This document shows positions 14,083 to 33,644 of a stretch of 64,000 bases of DNA, one piece after another. Location of the stretch: contig CM119266.1 of the NCBI GenBank assembly GCA_051294375.1, forward strand, positions 4,447,866-4,511,865, given 5' to 3'. The notes under the pieces are model-generated. The model ran no database searches. It had not been told where the DNA came from and saw nothing but the letters and a program-made list of their open reading frames with translations. The position numbers and the translations under genes are program-made. Source of the DNA: Paraspadella gotoi (Eukaryota; Animalia; Chaetognatha). Numbering within the stretch: position 1 is the stretch's first letter; every line of letters begins with the position of its first letter.

Positions 14083-14845
14083 ATGATTGGTTGAAAACTG
14101 GAAGAAGAAAGAAATTATGTGAATCGATGTTTTTTTGGCAAAAGAGAAAAAAATTTCTCTGCTTGAAATTGAAACGATTTTTCGCAAATTTGATGTCAGA
14201 CATTTTTTAATCACTTGGGATCCAAAGTATTTTTTTTCCGCTAATTAAATTTAATGGATTCGGTTAAAAAAAAAATTGATTGGTCGAATTTAACATTTAA
14301 TATTTAACAGACATTGTGCTAAATTTAGTCGAGTCACATGGAGATTTTAAGAGATTTTTCAAACTGAAATAAAATAAATTAATTGGTGTTAGGGTTAGAG
14401 ATTAGGTTAGATCAGTTAGGAATTTGATAATAGATCAGGTAAACATATTAAAAAACAGAAATGTTTTTCCAAAATGTGCAGGTTCGATAGAGTGAACCAG
14501 GAAAGGGGCAGGCAGTCTCACATTCACAATTGGGAAAAGGGCGGAGGGGAGTCGAGAATTGTTTTCGTGACTAATCACCGATACTTCCTTCTTTCGAGTC
14601 ACGAGCTTAAAAAGACTCACGGAAAATCGGCCTTCACGGTTTTTTGTGAGTTAAGTGAAAACAGAGAGAATCACAAACGATGAGTTTCGATACACATCTG
14701 GTTTGAAGAGTTTTTTTTTGTATCTCGTACAAACTCAGAAATTTGAATGAACGAAAGAGAAAAAAAAGTTTGAACAAATTTACGAAAAAGAAGAACAATT
14801 CAGAAAAAAAAAGGATTCGATTGAAATAGAAAAATCTTCTAATAT

Positions 14846-14956
<111 letters not shown>

Positions 14957-15667
14957 TCTCCCTCCCCCAATATCAGAAATAAAAAAAGAAGAATGTAGAC
15001 GAAGAATCAAAGGAATAAACCGAGAAATAAAAACCCAGAGATTCGTGCCAATTCGGGCGGCGTGCCTTCGACCGAGTTTTTTTGGCACTCTTTTCCGAAA
15101 GCGCACCGTTTCAACTTAAATTAAGAATCAAGTTTGTTTTTAAGTTTAATAAAGGTTAGGGATTATCGATTAAATATAAGGATTAAGGTTAAAGATTAGG
15201 TTAAGGATTAAATTTAAATTTAAATAAGAGTTAAAGATTAAATTAAATTTTTATTAAAAATTTAATAAAAATTTCAATATTGAATTAAAGTTAAATATTA
15301 AAGTTAAAATAAAATTTACCGATTAAAAATCGAACTGGGTCAATATCAGAAAATAACGCCTTTTTTTTTTCAATATCATAGCGCGGTTCAAACAAAATCT
15401 CTTTCACGATATATTTAAGGAGGAAAGTATTTCCTCTTAGCGAAAAGAGATAAAGGAACGGGCGAAGCAAAAGGGGGGTGTGGGGGGGGAGAGAGAAAGG
15501 AAAATAAAGGAAATAAAAGGGAAGAACCACTTGGAATTGAGAGAGAGAGACTCTTTGTTGAAAGAGAAATAAAAAAAAGAAAAAAAGGAAAAAAGTAAAA
15601 AAGTATGACAACAAGCCGATAATGATTTTCTGTTGGAAACGTCGATCTTTACTTGCGATCGCGAACT

Positions 15668-15770
15668 GGCAAAGGTGGTAAAAAAATGGCAAAAGTGGCA
15701 GAGGTGACGATATATGGCAGAAGGTGGTAAAAAAATGGTAAAAGTGGCAGACGATATATGGCAAAAGGTG
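15668..15770 (+). repeat. ~45-50 bp tandem repeat, about 2.3 copies
   Basis: aaggtggtaaaaaaatggyaaaagtggcaga..gacgatatatggca is repeated. Confidence 0.75.
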
Positions 15771-16939
15771 TCAAAGAAAATAAGCGAAAAAAGAGAATCG
15801 GTTGCGTTGGGAAAATTGATTGGATGGAATTCTGCGGAATGAGGAAGAAATTACATGACACCAATTTGCAATTTGATTGCAATGACGGTTTGACGAATTT
15901 CGTTATTAAATCGTCTGGCGAAGAGACAGTTTTAGAGACAGAAAGAAAAAGATAGAAAGACAAATAGTTATCACGCAGGCAATAACGTAATGAGAGACAA
16001 AAACAAACGAGGTAAAGAGAGCAGCTGCCGCCCCCCCCAAAAAAAAAGAAAGAAAAAAGAAAGATGATGATCTAAATATGCAAATATTTTTTCCTCAACC
16101 TGGCATCTGACCAAACGAGGCATATAGATCGCGGGAACTCTTCGTACTTGGGAATTAATCGAGTAACAGAAAAATAAAGAGGGATTCGTTACGGGCGCTG
16201 AAATTCTTTTTGGGGGGAACGAAACATGAAAAAAAAACGTTATCACCTTTTCTCGTCTCTCGATTGGCGAAAGAGAGAATCCCTGTTAAGGAGAAAACCT
16301 GCGGGTCGGTTCGGAGGGAGAGACGAGAGAAGAGAGAGTAGAGAGAGGCGAACCGNNNNNNNNNNNNNNNNNNNNNNNNNNNNNNNNNNNNNNNNNNNNN
16401 NNNNNNNNNNNNNNNNNNNNNNNNNNNNNNNNNNNNNNNNNNNNNNNNNNNNNNNNNNNNNNNNNNNNNNNNNNNNNNNNNNNNNNNNNNNNNNNAGAGA
16501 GAGAGAGAGAGAGAGGCGACGAGGAATGGCGGGGTCTAAACATGACATTAAATTCCAAGGGTTCCAAAATTTAGATATGTTCAATGTAGAAACCGAAGAG
16601 AAAAAAACTAAGAGATAGAGAGAGAGAAGAGGGAAAGAGAGGAATAGAGAGAAATTCGGACAAATTGAAAAAAAAAATTTAACCAACATTTAATAGGTTT
16701 ATCTTCTCATACAATTAGCGAATTAGCAAATTTAATTCCAAATTAGCAAATTAACTAATCCAATTCTCAGGTTAAATTAATTTAAATTAATTTTAAATTC
16801 TCTCCCTAGAAACGATATTTGATATTTTGTCTCATGTTTTTTTGTCTTTCTAATTTTTTCCTGCGCTGCAAATAATTACTGATTATTGCGGCGCTGCAGC
16901 GAGTGCGGCTGCGGCGCTGCAGCGAGGTTTTCTATTTTC

Positions 16940-17140
16940 ACCGCGAGTTTTCGCGAATCATCTGTATAAGACTCTTGGGTGTCGGTCGGTCGGTCGGTCT
17001 GTCCGTTCGTCGGTCTGTCCGTTCGTCGGTCTGTCCCACTTACGTTTAAAAAATCCATAACTCAGGTAATACTGCATCATTTCAGTTCATACTGTTAACA
17101 TGCATACATAAAAAGAAAGTAAATGCGGCGCAAGACATTA
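16940..17140 (+). mobile_element. Degenerate non-autonomous element with a (GTCG/GTCC)n core, DINE-1/Helentron-associated-like
   Basis: Layout is tttt..cgcga..tctgtataagactcttgggtGTCGGTCGGTCGGTCGGTCTGTCCGTTCGTCGGTCTGTCC..ataactc. Related layouts occur at 1602-1655 (-), 9872-9925 (-), 12050-12103 (-) and 39040-39132 (+). The family assignment rests on architecture only. Confidence 0.35.
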
Positions 17141-18503
17141 GAAATTTCTGTTTCCTATTTAAATCGTAGCGATTGTCGTTGTTGTCGTTGTTGTTGTCGT
17201 TGTTGTTGTCTTCCCTTTTCTTTCGCCTTCGGCTTCGTCAACTCAGCGACGTCTTCGCCAATTATCGTCCAATAAGATTCGATTTCCTCGGCCACGCCNN
17301 NNNNNNNNNNNNNNNNNNNNNNNNNNNNNNNNNNNNNNNNNNNNNNNNNNNNNNNNNNNNNNNNNNNNNNNNNNNNNNNNNNNNNNNNNNNNNNNNNNNN
17401 NNNNNNNNNNNNNNNNNNNNNNNNNNNNNNNNNNNNNNNNNNNNNNNNNNNNNNNNNNNNNNNNNNNNNNNNNNNNNNNNNNNNNNNNNNNNNNNNNNNN
17501 NNNNNNNNNNNNNNNNNNNNNNNNNNNNNNNNNNNNNNNNNNNNNNNNNNNNNNNNNNNNNNNNNNNNNNNNNNNNNNNNNNNNNNNNNNNNNNNNNNNN
17601 NNNNNNNNNNNNNNNNNNNNNNNNNNNNNNNNNNNNNNNNNNNNNNNNNNNNNNNNNNNNNNNNNNNNNNNNNNNNNNNNNNNNNNNNNNNNNNNNNNNN
17701 NNNNNNNNNNNNNNNNNNNNNNNNNNNNNNNNNNNNNNNNNNNNNNNNNNNNNNNNNNNNNNNNNNNNNNNNNNNNNNNNNNNNNNNNNNNNNNNNNNNN
17801 NNNNNNNNNNNNNNNNNNNNNNNNNNNNNNNNNNNNNNNNNNNNNNNNNNNNNNNNNNNNNNNNNNNNNNNNNNNNNNNNNNNNNNNNNNNNNNNNNNNN
17901 NNNNNNNNNNNNNNNNNNNNNNNNNNNNNNNNNNNNNNNNNNNNNNNCACCTCGAATCGCGACTCATTCCAATCCACTTCAATTGCTCCTCAATTGCTCC
18001 TTCATGGCTCCACCCAACCCTTAATCCATCGCTCCTCTTCCTCCTCCTTCACGTTTGCCGCTTCACTGTACGATGACTAAGCTTCTTCTTTAGATTATAT
18101 TTATAATTAATTATATTTATAATTAATTATATTTATAATTAATTATATTTATAATTAATTATATTTATATTTATACATAAAGCAAATTTTGTGCTGGAAG
18201 ATCTAAAAAGTTTTCCCCAGATACAATATTTTTCAAGTTTCCTCAGCTTATTGTCAAAAAGTTTTATTTTATCTTTGTAGATCTATAATTTATGTCAAGT
18301 TAAACAATAGATTTATACAATTTTTGTATCTATTTGTATGTCTTTAACATGTACAGTTTCAAAAACTACTTAGTAAACCAAAAAAAAACCCCTCCGACCC
18401 CCCTTCTCCCACTCCATCTCCCTCCCCCCTCTCTCTCCCCCTCACCCGGGGCGCGAATGGATGCGTCATTTCGAAAATTAGAATCGAAGTTGAGTGACGA
18501 CCA

Positions 18504-18534
<31 letters not shown>

Positions 18535-18896
18535 TGATCGGTGATGATGATAAATCGAAATCGATCTTCACAGAAACTAGAAACGATCGAGGATGAACAC
18601 GGGTTCGGAATTAAGCGGGATGTTACCAAGATTTTGATGAATAGTTTTGTATTAAAGCAACTTAAATTAACAGTTTATTAGTGTTAGGATGTGTTTATAA
18701 ATTCATCTTGAAAATGAATTAGGAAATTATGGCGATGCCGATTAATAGAGAAAATTAACCATTAAATAATTTTATATTGATAAATATATATATTGATATA
18801 TATATTGATAAATCTCAAAGCTTCCTACTTAATTATCCCGACTTTGTAGACAGCGTGTCTCCGACCGCAAAAACTTCTCGTTAAAATCATCGATCG

Positions 18897-18959
18897 AATT
18901 CACTACGAACCGAAATTCACTACGAACCGAAATTCACTACGAACCGAAATTCACTACGA
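18897..18959 (+). repeat. 17 bp tandem repeat AATTCACTACGAACCGA x~3.7 (also at 28295-28359)
   Basis: Head-to-tail units with no spacers. Confidence 0.9.
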
Positions 18960-21791
18960 GCGACTCTCATCTCAAAACTGTCCGACTGAATTTCGGGATC
19001 CATATTTTTGAACTCAATTATTTTTTGTATAAAAAATTAATTTTTTTTTGTCCCTTTTTTCGTTTTTTTAAATATTTAGTTATTTAGTCAATTTAATTTT
19101 TTATTCCCCATTTTTCCCGAAATTCTCTTTTTTTAGGCAGATTTTTTTTTTCATTTTTTCTCAAGTTTTTCAAAATGTTTCATTTTTTTCAAACTTTTTT
19201 TCTCTCTTTTCTTTCTTCGCCTTTCAAGACTCTTGTTCTCACTTTCGTGGTTTCTTTAGCTTTCCTCCGTTTTGCCACTTAACACTCGCGCGAGCTCTCT
19301 CTCTCTCTTTGATTCTGTGATGAGAGAAGGGAGGGAGGCAGAGAATGAGAGAGATCGATGAGAATGTGCATGATAGTTTTGGTGATTTGTTTGTGCTCTT
19401 TAAATGCTGAGATTTAGAATTTGATAGTTTTAAAGCGGTGGTATAATTTTTTTTAAAACGATTTATCGATTTGGACTTTTGAATTGTATTTTTTCAAGAA
19501 CATGAAATATATAAAAGATTATTTGAATTCGGATGTGTGTGTACGAAGATTTAATTTTGAAATTTTGGAGATTATTTTTGCAATTTTGGTCGTTGTCGAG
19601 ACTCGAGATAAAATGAAAAATCTCTTCCGGCCAAAAATTTCCAGCGTCGGAACGCGCATAACACCAGCAGTCGTCGTCGTCGTCCGTACGTCTTCATCGT
19701 CAGTCGTTCGTCGTCGTCTTCGTCGCCGGGTTGTCATGCGACAATCTTCGGACACCTGACATGTTCGTGACGTGCGTGTCACAACAATGTTCGTGTGTAA
19801 TGTTTTTGTAGGGCTAAAGTCTTAAATATTAAACTCATTGCTTAAATATATACCAAGGAGCAAACCGCGGCGGTAGCTGTGAGGAGCTGGAGGCGAAGGA
19901 GATCGGAGATGAACCGCAAGAACAGATCAAGGAAGGAAAGGACTCGACAGGAGTATGAGATCACTCTGACCGGGAACACGAGTAGAGATAAGAGAGAAGA
20001 ACTGACGGGAGAGGAGGAGAGAGAAGGGTAGGGCGGCAGAGTAGGATAGTAGAGCGAGTGGAAGGATGAAAGAGAGAATGAAGGAGAGAGAACGAGAAGG
20101 ATGGAGAGGAGAGAGACCTTCTCGCCTGTCTTTAGTTTTAGGCGTCGTACTGGCACCGTCTATAGGATTGAAAACGTGAAGCCTGTTTTTTAGATAGGAA
20201 GCAGAGAGCCAAAAGAATTTTTTGGAATTTAACAGACGGGATTTTTGATAAAAATATGGATTATTGTGGCAAGGTTATTTTATACCACCGCCATCAACAT
20301 CCACCAGAGAGCGTTTCAACACCCTATCCCAAGGCGTTGAGGAGGTGTTCCCGGTCCAGCCAGCGACCTAACAAACACTTTCTCTCTGCGTTGCGCCAAA
20401 GGCGATGACCGTCCTAAGAAACGGTAGACAGGAGTCGTTCTATTGAGGAGCGTCGGAACTAGCTCGCCAAAGCCAACATGAGTATGCTCCACTCACAGAC
20501 AACCCGTGCTGCTCAGCCATAATATAACCTTTAATTTCTTTACTTAAAGTTTATTGTAGTAAGAGGAAGGGCGTTCGTCGCCGTTAAGTTAATTTAATAA
20601 CTTTAGACTCTGTGTGATAATATAAAACTAAGCTAACATTGAACTGAGTAGCTTGAAAGGGTATGCAAATTTATCAAATAACGGCTGTTCATGAATGCTC
20701 TTCATGATACCAAAATTTAATATAGCATTTGCGGAAAACGAACATCCATTGTGACTGCGGTCGCTGTGAGAATTACCACGCCCAGAATTCCACTAGAGTC
20801 ATGACTGTGAATATTGCTTCGTCCCGCCTGCCGATCGGTGGTCGTCGTCCCAGCAGATCGTGTGTCGTTCGTACAGTCGTCGTTGTTACATATCGATAAA
20901 TACGAGGTCGACCCAGTCCAGCGCATCTCAAGGGACATCGTATAGTATTGAGAGAGAGAGAGAGAGGAGAGAGAGAGTATGGGGAGAGACAGAGAGCAGG
21001 GGTACGAGTAGAGAGAGAGAGAAAGAGAGAGATGAGAGAAGAGAGAGAGACGGAGCAGAGAGATACGGAAGTAGAGAGAGATGAAGAGGAGAAGAGAGAG
21101 ATCAAAGAGCTTCTTCATTGTTGTGACCAGGGCCCTACTTGTGTTCCCGACAACAGAGAAAGCTCAGAAATTGGAGAGACCCTTTAATGATATCCGATGG
21201 GCAGAGGTGATCGCAATGGGGGAGGGGAGGAGGGAGGAGGGGGGAGGGAGCCGAGGGGTAGGGGTGAAGAGAGAGCGAGATGAGTGAGGTAGGGATCAAT
21301 AAATAAATGGGGAGAGAGAGAANNNNNNNNNNNNNNNNNNNNNNNNNTCTCTCTCTCTCTCTCCAGATGAGGGTTTCTCTGGTCATAATTTAAACAATGA
21401 GTTTAAATTTAAGACTTTAGACTAAAAATTACGATTTTGTGACGACAGTGAAATGTCAGGCCGAAGATCGATGACAACGACGACGAAGACGACGACGACG
21501 ACGACGATGAAGACGACGACGACGACGACGACTGCCGGTGATTTATGACTTCGACGCTGAAATTTGGCGGAAGAGATTTCATTTTATCTCGAGTTCGACG
21601 ACCAAATCTCAAAATAAATCTCAAATTAAATCTCAAAAATCGAATCATAAATCTTTTAATATTTCATTCTTGAAAAAAATTCAAAAGTCAAATCCATAAA
21701 TCGTTTTAAAAATTATAACCTTTAAAACTAATCAAATTCTAATCAGATTTAAGATCACAACAAATCACAAACTTCAATCACATTCTCATCG

Positions 21792-21827
<36 letters not shown>

Positions 21828-21935
21828 NNNNNNNNNNNNNNNNNNNNNNNNNAGAGCAGAGATATCCAAGAGGGCCACTGGGTCCACAACCATGAAGAAG
21901 CTCTTTGTCCTCTCTCTCCCCCCTCCTTCTCTCTC

Positions 21936-21971
<36 letters not shown>

Positions 21972-23735
21972 ATCATCTCTCTCTCTCATTCATCTCTCTC
22001 CTCAAACTATACGAGTCCCTTGAGATCGCTGAGGTCGAACCTCGTATTTATCATGGACAACGACGACGACCGACGACAACGACGACAACGACGACGACGA
22101 CACGACGCATGCGACGAGCAATATTCACAGTCATGACCTCAGTGAATTCTGGGCTGGTATCTCACAGCGACCGCAGTCATCAAGGATGTTCGTTTTCCGA
22201 AATGCTATATTAAATTGTACAAGCATTCAATAAACACTATTTTAATTCATCCCTTCAAGCTTTCATCAAAGAGCTAAGTTTTATCACCAGATGTCTAGTT
22301 ATTAACTACGACAGCTTTTCCTATAAAATAAATTTTAATTAAATAAAGTTATATTATGGCGACAGCCGGGTTGCCTGTGATGGGCATCTCACTGTGGCTT
22401 TGGGGCTTCGACCCTAGTGACGCCTCCAGTCACTGGAGCGCGGTTACCCTAGGACGGTCTCGCTTTGGCCAACTGCAGAGAGAAGTCTTAGCTGTGGACG
22501 GAAACACAACGCCCTTGGATGGTGTGACACGCCTTGGTGGATGTGAGGCGGTGTAAAAATACCGCCACAATATCATATTTTTATAAAAAACGCTTACGTT
22601 TCAAATCCAAAGACGACGACGACCTAAAACTAAAACAGCGACAAGGTCTCTCTCCTCTCTCCTCTCTCTCCTCTCTCTCTTCTCTCTCTCTCCTTCTTCT
22701 CTCTCGTCTCTTTCTCTCTCTCCTCTCTCTCTTCTCTCTCTCCTCCAGATGAGGGTTTCTCTGGTCTAATTTAAACAATGAGTTTAAAATTTAAGACTAA
22801 TTTGTAGACCTAAAAATTTACGACGATTTTGTGACGAACAGTGAAAATGTTTCAGGCCGAAGATCGATGAGGAGCGACGAGAGCAGAGACAGGACGACGA
22901 CGACGAACGACGACGCCGAACTGCCGGTGAATGTTATGTCCTTCGAACGCTGAAAATTTGGCGGAAAGAGATGTTCATTTTTCTCGAGTTCGAAATAAAC
23001 GACTGTCGCAAATCTTCAAAAATATAAATCTCAATTAAATCTTCAAAAATCGAAGATCCATTAATATCTTCTTTTTTAATATTTCAAATTCTTGAAAAAA
23101 AAAATATTCAAAAGAAGTTCAAATCCATAAATAAATCGTTAAAAATTATTAACGCTTTAAAAAACCTAATCAATAATTCTAAGATCAGATTTAAGAGATT
23201 TACACAACAAATTCACTCAACTTCAAAAAATCACATTTCTCCATCGAGTATCTCTCGTCATCTCTCTCTCTATCCTCTCTCTTCTCTCTCTCTCTCTCTT
23301 CTTCTCCGCATCTCTCTCTCTCATCTCTCTCCCTCTCTCTCCCCTCTCTCTCGTCGTCCCTCTTCCTCGTCTCTCTCTAACTCTCTCTCTCTCTTCTTTC
23401 GACCTCTCTCTCTCTCCTATCTCTCTATCTCTCTCCCTTCTCTCCTCTCTCTCTCTAATCTCTCTCTCTCTTCCCCTTCTCCTATTCTCTTCCCTATCTC
23501 TCTCATATCCTCTTCCTCTCACTCCTCTCCTCTCTCTCATATGATATCTTCGGCTGCAAATTCCTCTCTCTCCCTTCTCTCTCTCTCTCTCTCTCCCCTC
23601 TCTCACCTCTCTGCCCTCTCTCCTAATCTCCCTCTCTCTCTCTCTCTCCTCTCGCCTCTCTCTCTTTTCCCTTCGCCGCGTTTTCGTCATAAACGAAGGA
23701 GTTTAACGACTTCGCGTCTTTGAGGTTTCGGAGCG

Positions 23736-23767
<32 letters not shown>

Positions 23768-23777
23768 NNNNNNNNNN

Positions 23778-23809
<32 letters not shown>

Positions 23810-25403
23810 AGCCACCCTCCCAACATCTTCACGATCTCCCTCTCAACAACCGACAACCGGCAGCAACGATAAAAAAAATAATCCCGGTCAACAACCTCGA
23901 GTCTCTTCTTCTTCCGGCAACAATTTCGTCCGTCGGTTGGGTCGACCGACAGACCGACCGACCGACAGACCGACCGACCGACCGATCAACAAATTAACTG
24001 ACCGACCGACCTGCATTTCCTCTTTTCCAAAAAGAAACAACGAAATCTGGATCAACTTTTAAACTGAGCCTCATTGTTGGGCGCCAGAGTTCCATGCATC
24101 AGGCAGTTTGCCTGTTGCGTTTCGCTTCTCATTGCCGACTTATGACCGCAATGACCCTTACTCCCCCCTCCGCCCTTCCCCCCCCCTCCCTCCCCCTAGT
24201 TCCCTGCAACCACTCTAACGTGGATCGTGCCGCATGACCGATGTCTCTTATATCTGCTTCTCTCTGCCAAAAAAATGTCTTATATCTTATGACTCAATTC
24301 TTTATCAATTTGGAAAAAGAAAAGTTAAAAATGGGACCTGACCCGAGATTTGAACTTACCCTAGATTTCGTGAGACGAGTGACATCTCACGATTGTCGAC
24401 TTACTTTAAAAATTGATCCCACTCAACGTAGCACAGCACAGCATAGCATAGCATAGATTAGCATAGCAATCCATATTTCTCATTCTTTTCTCACCTTTTT
24501 TTTTTTTGTCTTTATTTTCTGTGTTATAATTTCAGGGTTGAAGAGACTTACTTGGCGAAAATATTTGGAATTATTGAGACAAGTTTCACGTATCTTTTGA
24601 GAGAAATATAATGATTCGAAAAATCATCAAACAGTTATAAACAGAGACAAAACAAAGGAAAAACTATTCACGGTGAGAGAAAACAATAATAAAAGAGTTC
24701 AGTTGTGTGGGTCAAATAAGTTGGCCCACGGAACGGTCAAGTGGTGAGTTTGAAATTGGCGATATTCGCTCATTGTCGTCGTCGTCGTCGTTGTTGTTGT
24801 TGTTGTAGTTGTTATGTTCAATTAGGCAGCTACAGGGTTATCTTTAAGTCTCGCTACTCCCATCTTAGCTTTCCTTCCCTTCCTTCCTTCCTTCATCCCT
24901 TTCCCTTCCTTTCTTTCTTTCTTCCCATCCTTCCTCCTTCAGTATCTTTCCTTCCTTCCCTCTCTCTCATCCTTCCTCCCTCCCTTCCCTCTTCCTTTCC
25001 CTCCCTCCCTCCCCCTCCTCTTCCTCTTTCCCTCCCTCCCCTCCTCTTCCTCTTCTTCCCTCCCTCCCCTCTTCCTTCTCTCCCTCCCTTCTCAATCTTT
25101 CCCAACCAAATTCCCAAAAGAATTCTTCTTCATTCGACCGGCGGTTGTCTAATGTCTAGGGTTAATCCGAGTGGAGGGGGGTGGGTCTAGGGGGAGCAGG
25201 GGGTGGTCCAAGGGGGACAGGGGGTGGGTCCAGGGGGGAGGAATTGAAAATGGGGAGAAAAGAGGCGGGGAGGTGAAAGCTGTTTCTCCTTAACCCCCTT
25301 TCCGACAAAGAATAAGTCAAGCGCACAATCTATATCCTGTTTCTCTCACTCTCTCTCTCTCGTTTTCAATATCTCTCCAACTTTCGATGTATGCGACGTG
25401 AAG

Positions 25404-25487
<84 letters not shown>

Positions 25488-26195
25488 TCTCTCTCTTTCT
25501 CCGGTATCCCTTTCGAAAGACAATCGACTTTTTTTTACAAAATTCGATTCATAAAAACTGAAACTAAAAACGACGACGACGACGACGAAGACAAAACACG
25601 ATTTTTTTTATTTTCCATGTTTTCGAAAAACGTTCTTGTTTTTTCCATTGTGTCCGTGCATATAATTCCAATATTCTACTTCGTTATTACTAATATAGTA
25701 ATATATTATATATTTGATCTTTGAAAGATTCCTAATTGAAAGCTTGCTTGGTATGTTATTATCTTGTAAGAAAAAAAGGAAGTCTTAACGTAGCCTGGTT
25801 TTAAGACAACTTATTTATTCAACGAATTTTATCTCTCTATTCTATGCTTACATCATATTATCAAAAATATTTGCGTTTGCAAAATCCTCTTCGCAGATTT
25901 TACGTCTTTTATCACCATAAACCGAGTTACGCGTTAAACCGTAAAAGTTAAAAGTAGATCGTAAACCTTGAAGGTTCACTTTCGGTTAAACCGAAAAATT
26001 ATGAAGGAAAATTCCTGCTCGTCTCTCAGCTATTTAGTTTTGACTAACATAATATATGATAAGATATACGAATATGATATGATATACGATGGAAATATTA
26101 TATCACTGTGTAGGAATACAATGAGATAATATTACGAATAACGTGTCATGAATCACAAGTTAATTGTAAATGATTCCCAACCCAATAACTTATAC

Positions 26196-26350
26196 CTAGA
26201 TATTAGATATTAGATATTAGATATTATATCTAGATATTAGTATATTAGTAGATATTAGATAAATAGTAGATATTAGATAGTAGATATTAGATAGTAGATA
26301 GTAGTAGATAGTAGATAGTAGAAGATAGTAGATAGTAGATATTAATAGAT
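26196..26350 (+). repeat. 7 bp TAGATAT/TAGATAG repeat (also at 32947-33098)
   Basis: Read directly from the sequence. Confidence 0.85.
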
Positions 26351-26575
26351 AACCCAAAGTTTGGTAAAGTATTTTTGTCAATAAAGTAAGTCAATTCTAT
26401 GTCAAATTTTACAGGCTTCAAAATTTTATAAGAAGGTAATTATTTCTGCTGCTATTTATAGTTAATACACACAATCTTAAGGCACTGGAGCTAGGCTATA
26501 TTGAAAAAGCGGCAGATAACTAATTACGATTTAGCGTCCACTAGTAATATATCTTTGTTTTAAGTTAATTTTTCC

Positions 26576-26612
<37 letters not shown>

Positions 26613-27251
26613 NNNNNNNNNNNNNNNNNNNNNNNNNAGCCTTGCCCTCTCCCACTCCACCCCTTAACTTGACCCCAACACCACCCCCAACCACAAAAGA
26701 CTTCCCAATTTCCACTATCCCTCATCGAACGCGGTCATCTCAGCGCGTCAACACGCCGCCATCTGCTCACAGTTTGTCTCGTTCTTTCAACACAGTCCCG
26801 ACTGCACTCACCAGAACCACCGCTGTTACGTTCCTTGTCCAATACATTGCTTCCCGTTCCGTCGATCGTTTTTTAACCTAACTCCGACCTGCCACTCCAA
26901 CCTCAGACCTGGACTCCGACCTACCAATCCGATCTCCGACCAGCCTGGTCCAAACGCTCTCAAAACGTCTCATACCAAAACTTCAAACTTTCACCGTCAA
27001 TTTCAACTCTCTTTTCCCTACCCTTTTTTATTGTTCACGCTCATCACTCTCACATTCACCACACCCCCTCCGCTACCAACTCGCTCCCTTCTCCCCTCCC
27101 CCCTTCCGCCCCCCTCCATCCGTCTCACCAACCGTTCACTTAATCGAATCCCCCGAGGTTCACGTCAATCACTTTCACTCTTCACTCTTTCTCTCTTTCA
27201 CCGCAACAACCAAAAATCACAAAATCACACAAAATTTTTCTTTCTCCTTCT

Positions 27252-27314
<63 letters not shown>

Positions 27315-27354
27315 AAAACCAAATCGCTCCACGAAAGCCCCGAGCGACTCCACC

Positions 27355-33383
<6,029 letters not shown>

Positions 33384-33426
33384 ACTTTTGGGGTTAAAAA
33401 TCCTCTTAACCTTTTTTCCTTTCTTT

Positions 33427-33498
<72 letters not shown>

Positions 33499-33602
33499 GT
33501 CTTAAGAATGGCGACTCAGTCTCTCTCTCTCTCTATCAGTCCTCAGATGTCGACCGTCAAAACAATTCGCATAAAGTCGACTCTCTTTTATCTTATTCTC
33601 TC

Positions 33603-33644
<42 letters not shown>

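Larger units (their letters stand above)
17948..26612. repeat. Rearranged duplicate of the ~6 kb block 27355-33350
   Basis: 17948-19318 matches 27355-28720 (direct); 19320-21290 is the reverse complement of ~28760-30165; 21348-21827 matches ~29700-30165; 21870-23250 matches ~28860-30160; 23660-26612 matches ~30430-33350. Confidence 0.92.

Noticed and set aside
18897-18959. 17 bp repeats as a possible CRISPR or iteron array
   Set aside because: Head-to-tail units without spacers; an ordinary minisatellite.
24241-24456. Identical 71 aa ORF occurring twice (also 31020..31235)
   Set aside because: The identity comes from the duplicated block, and there is no recognisable domain or coding signal.
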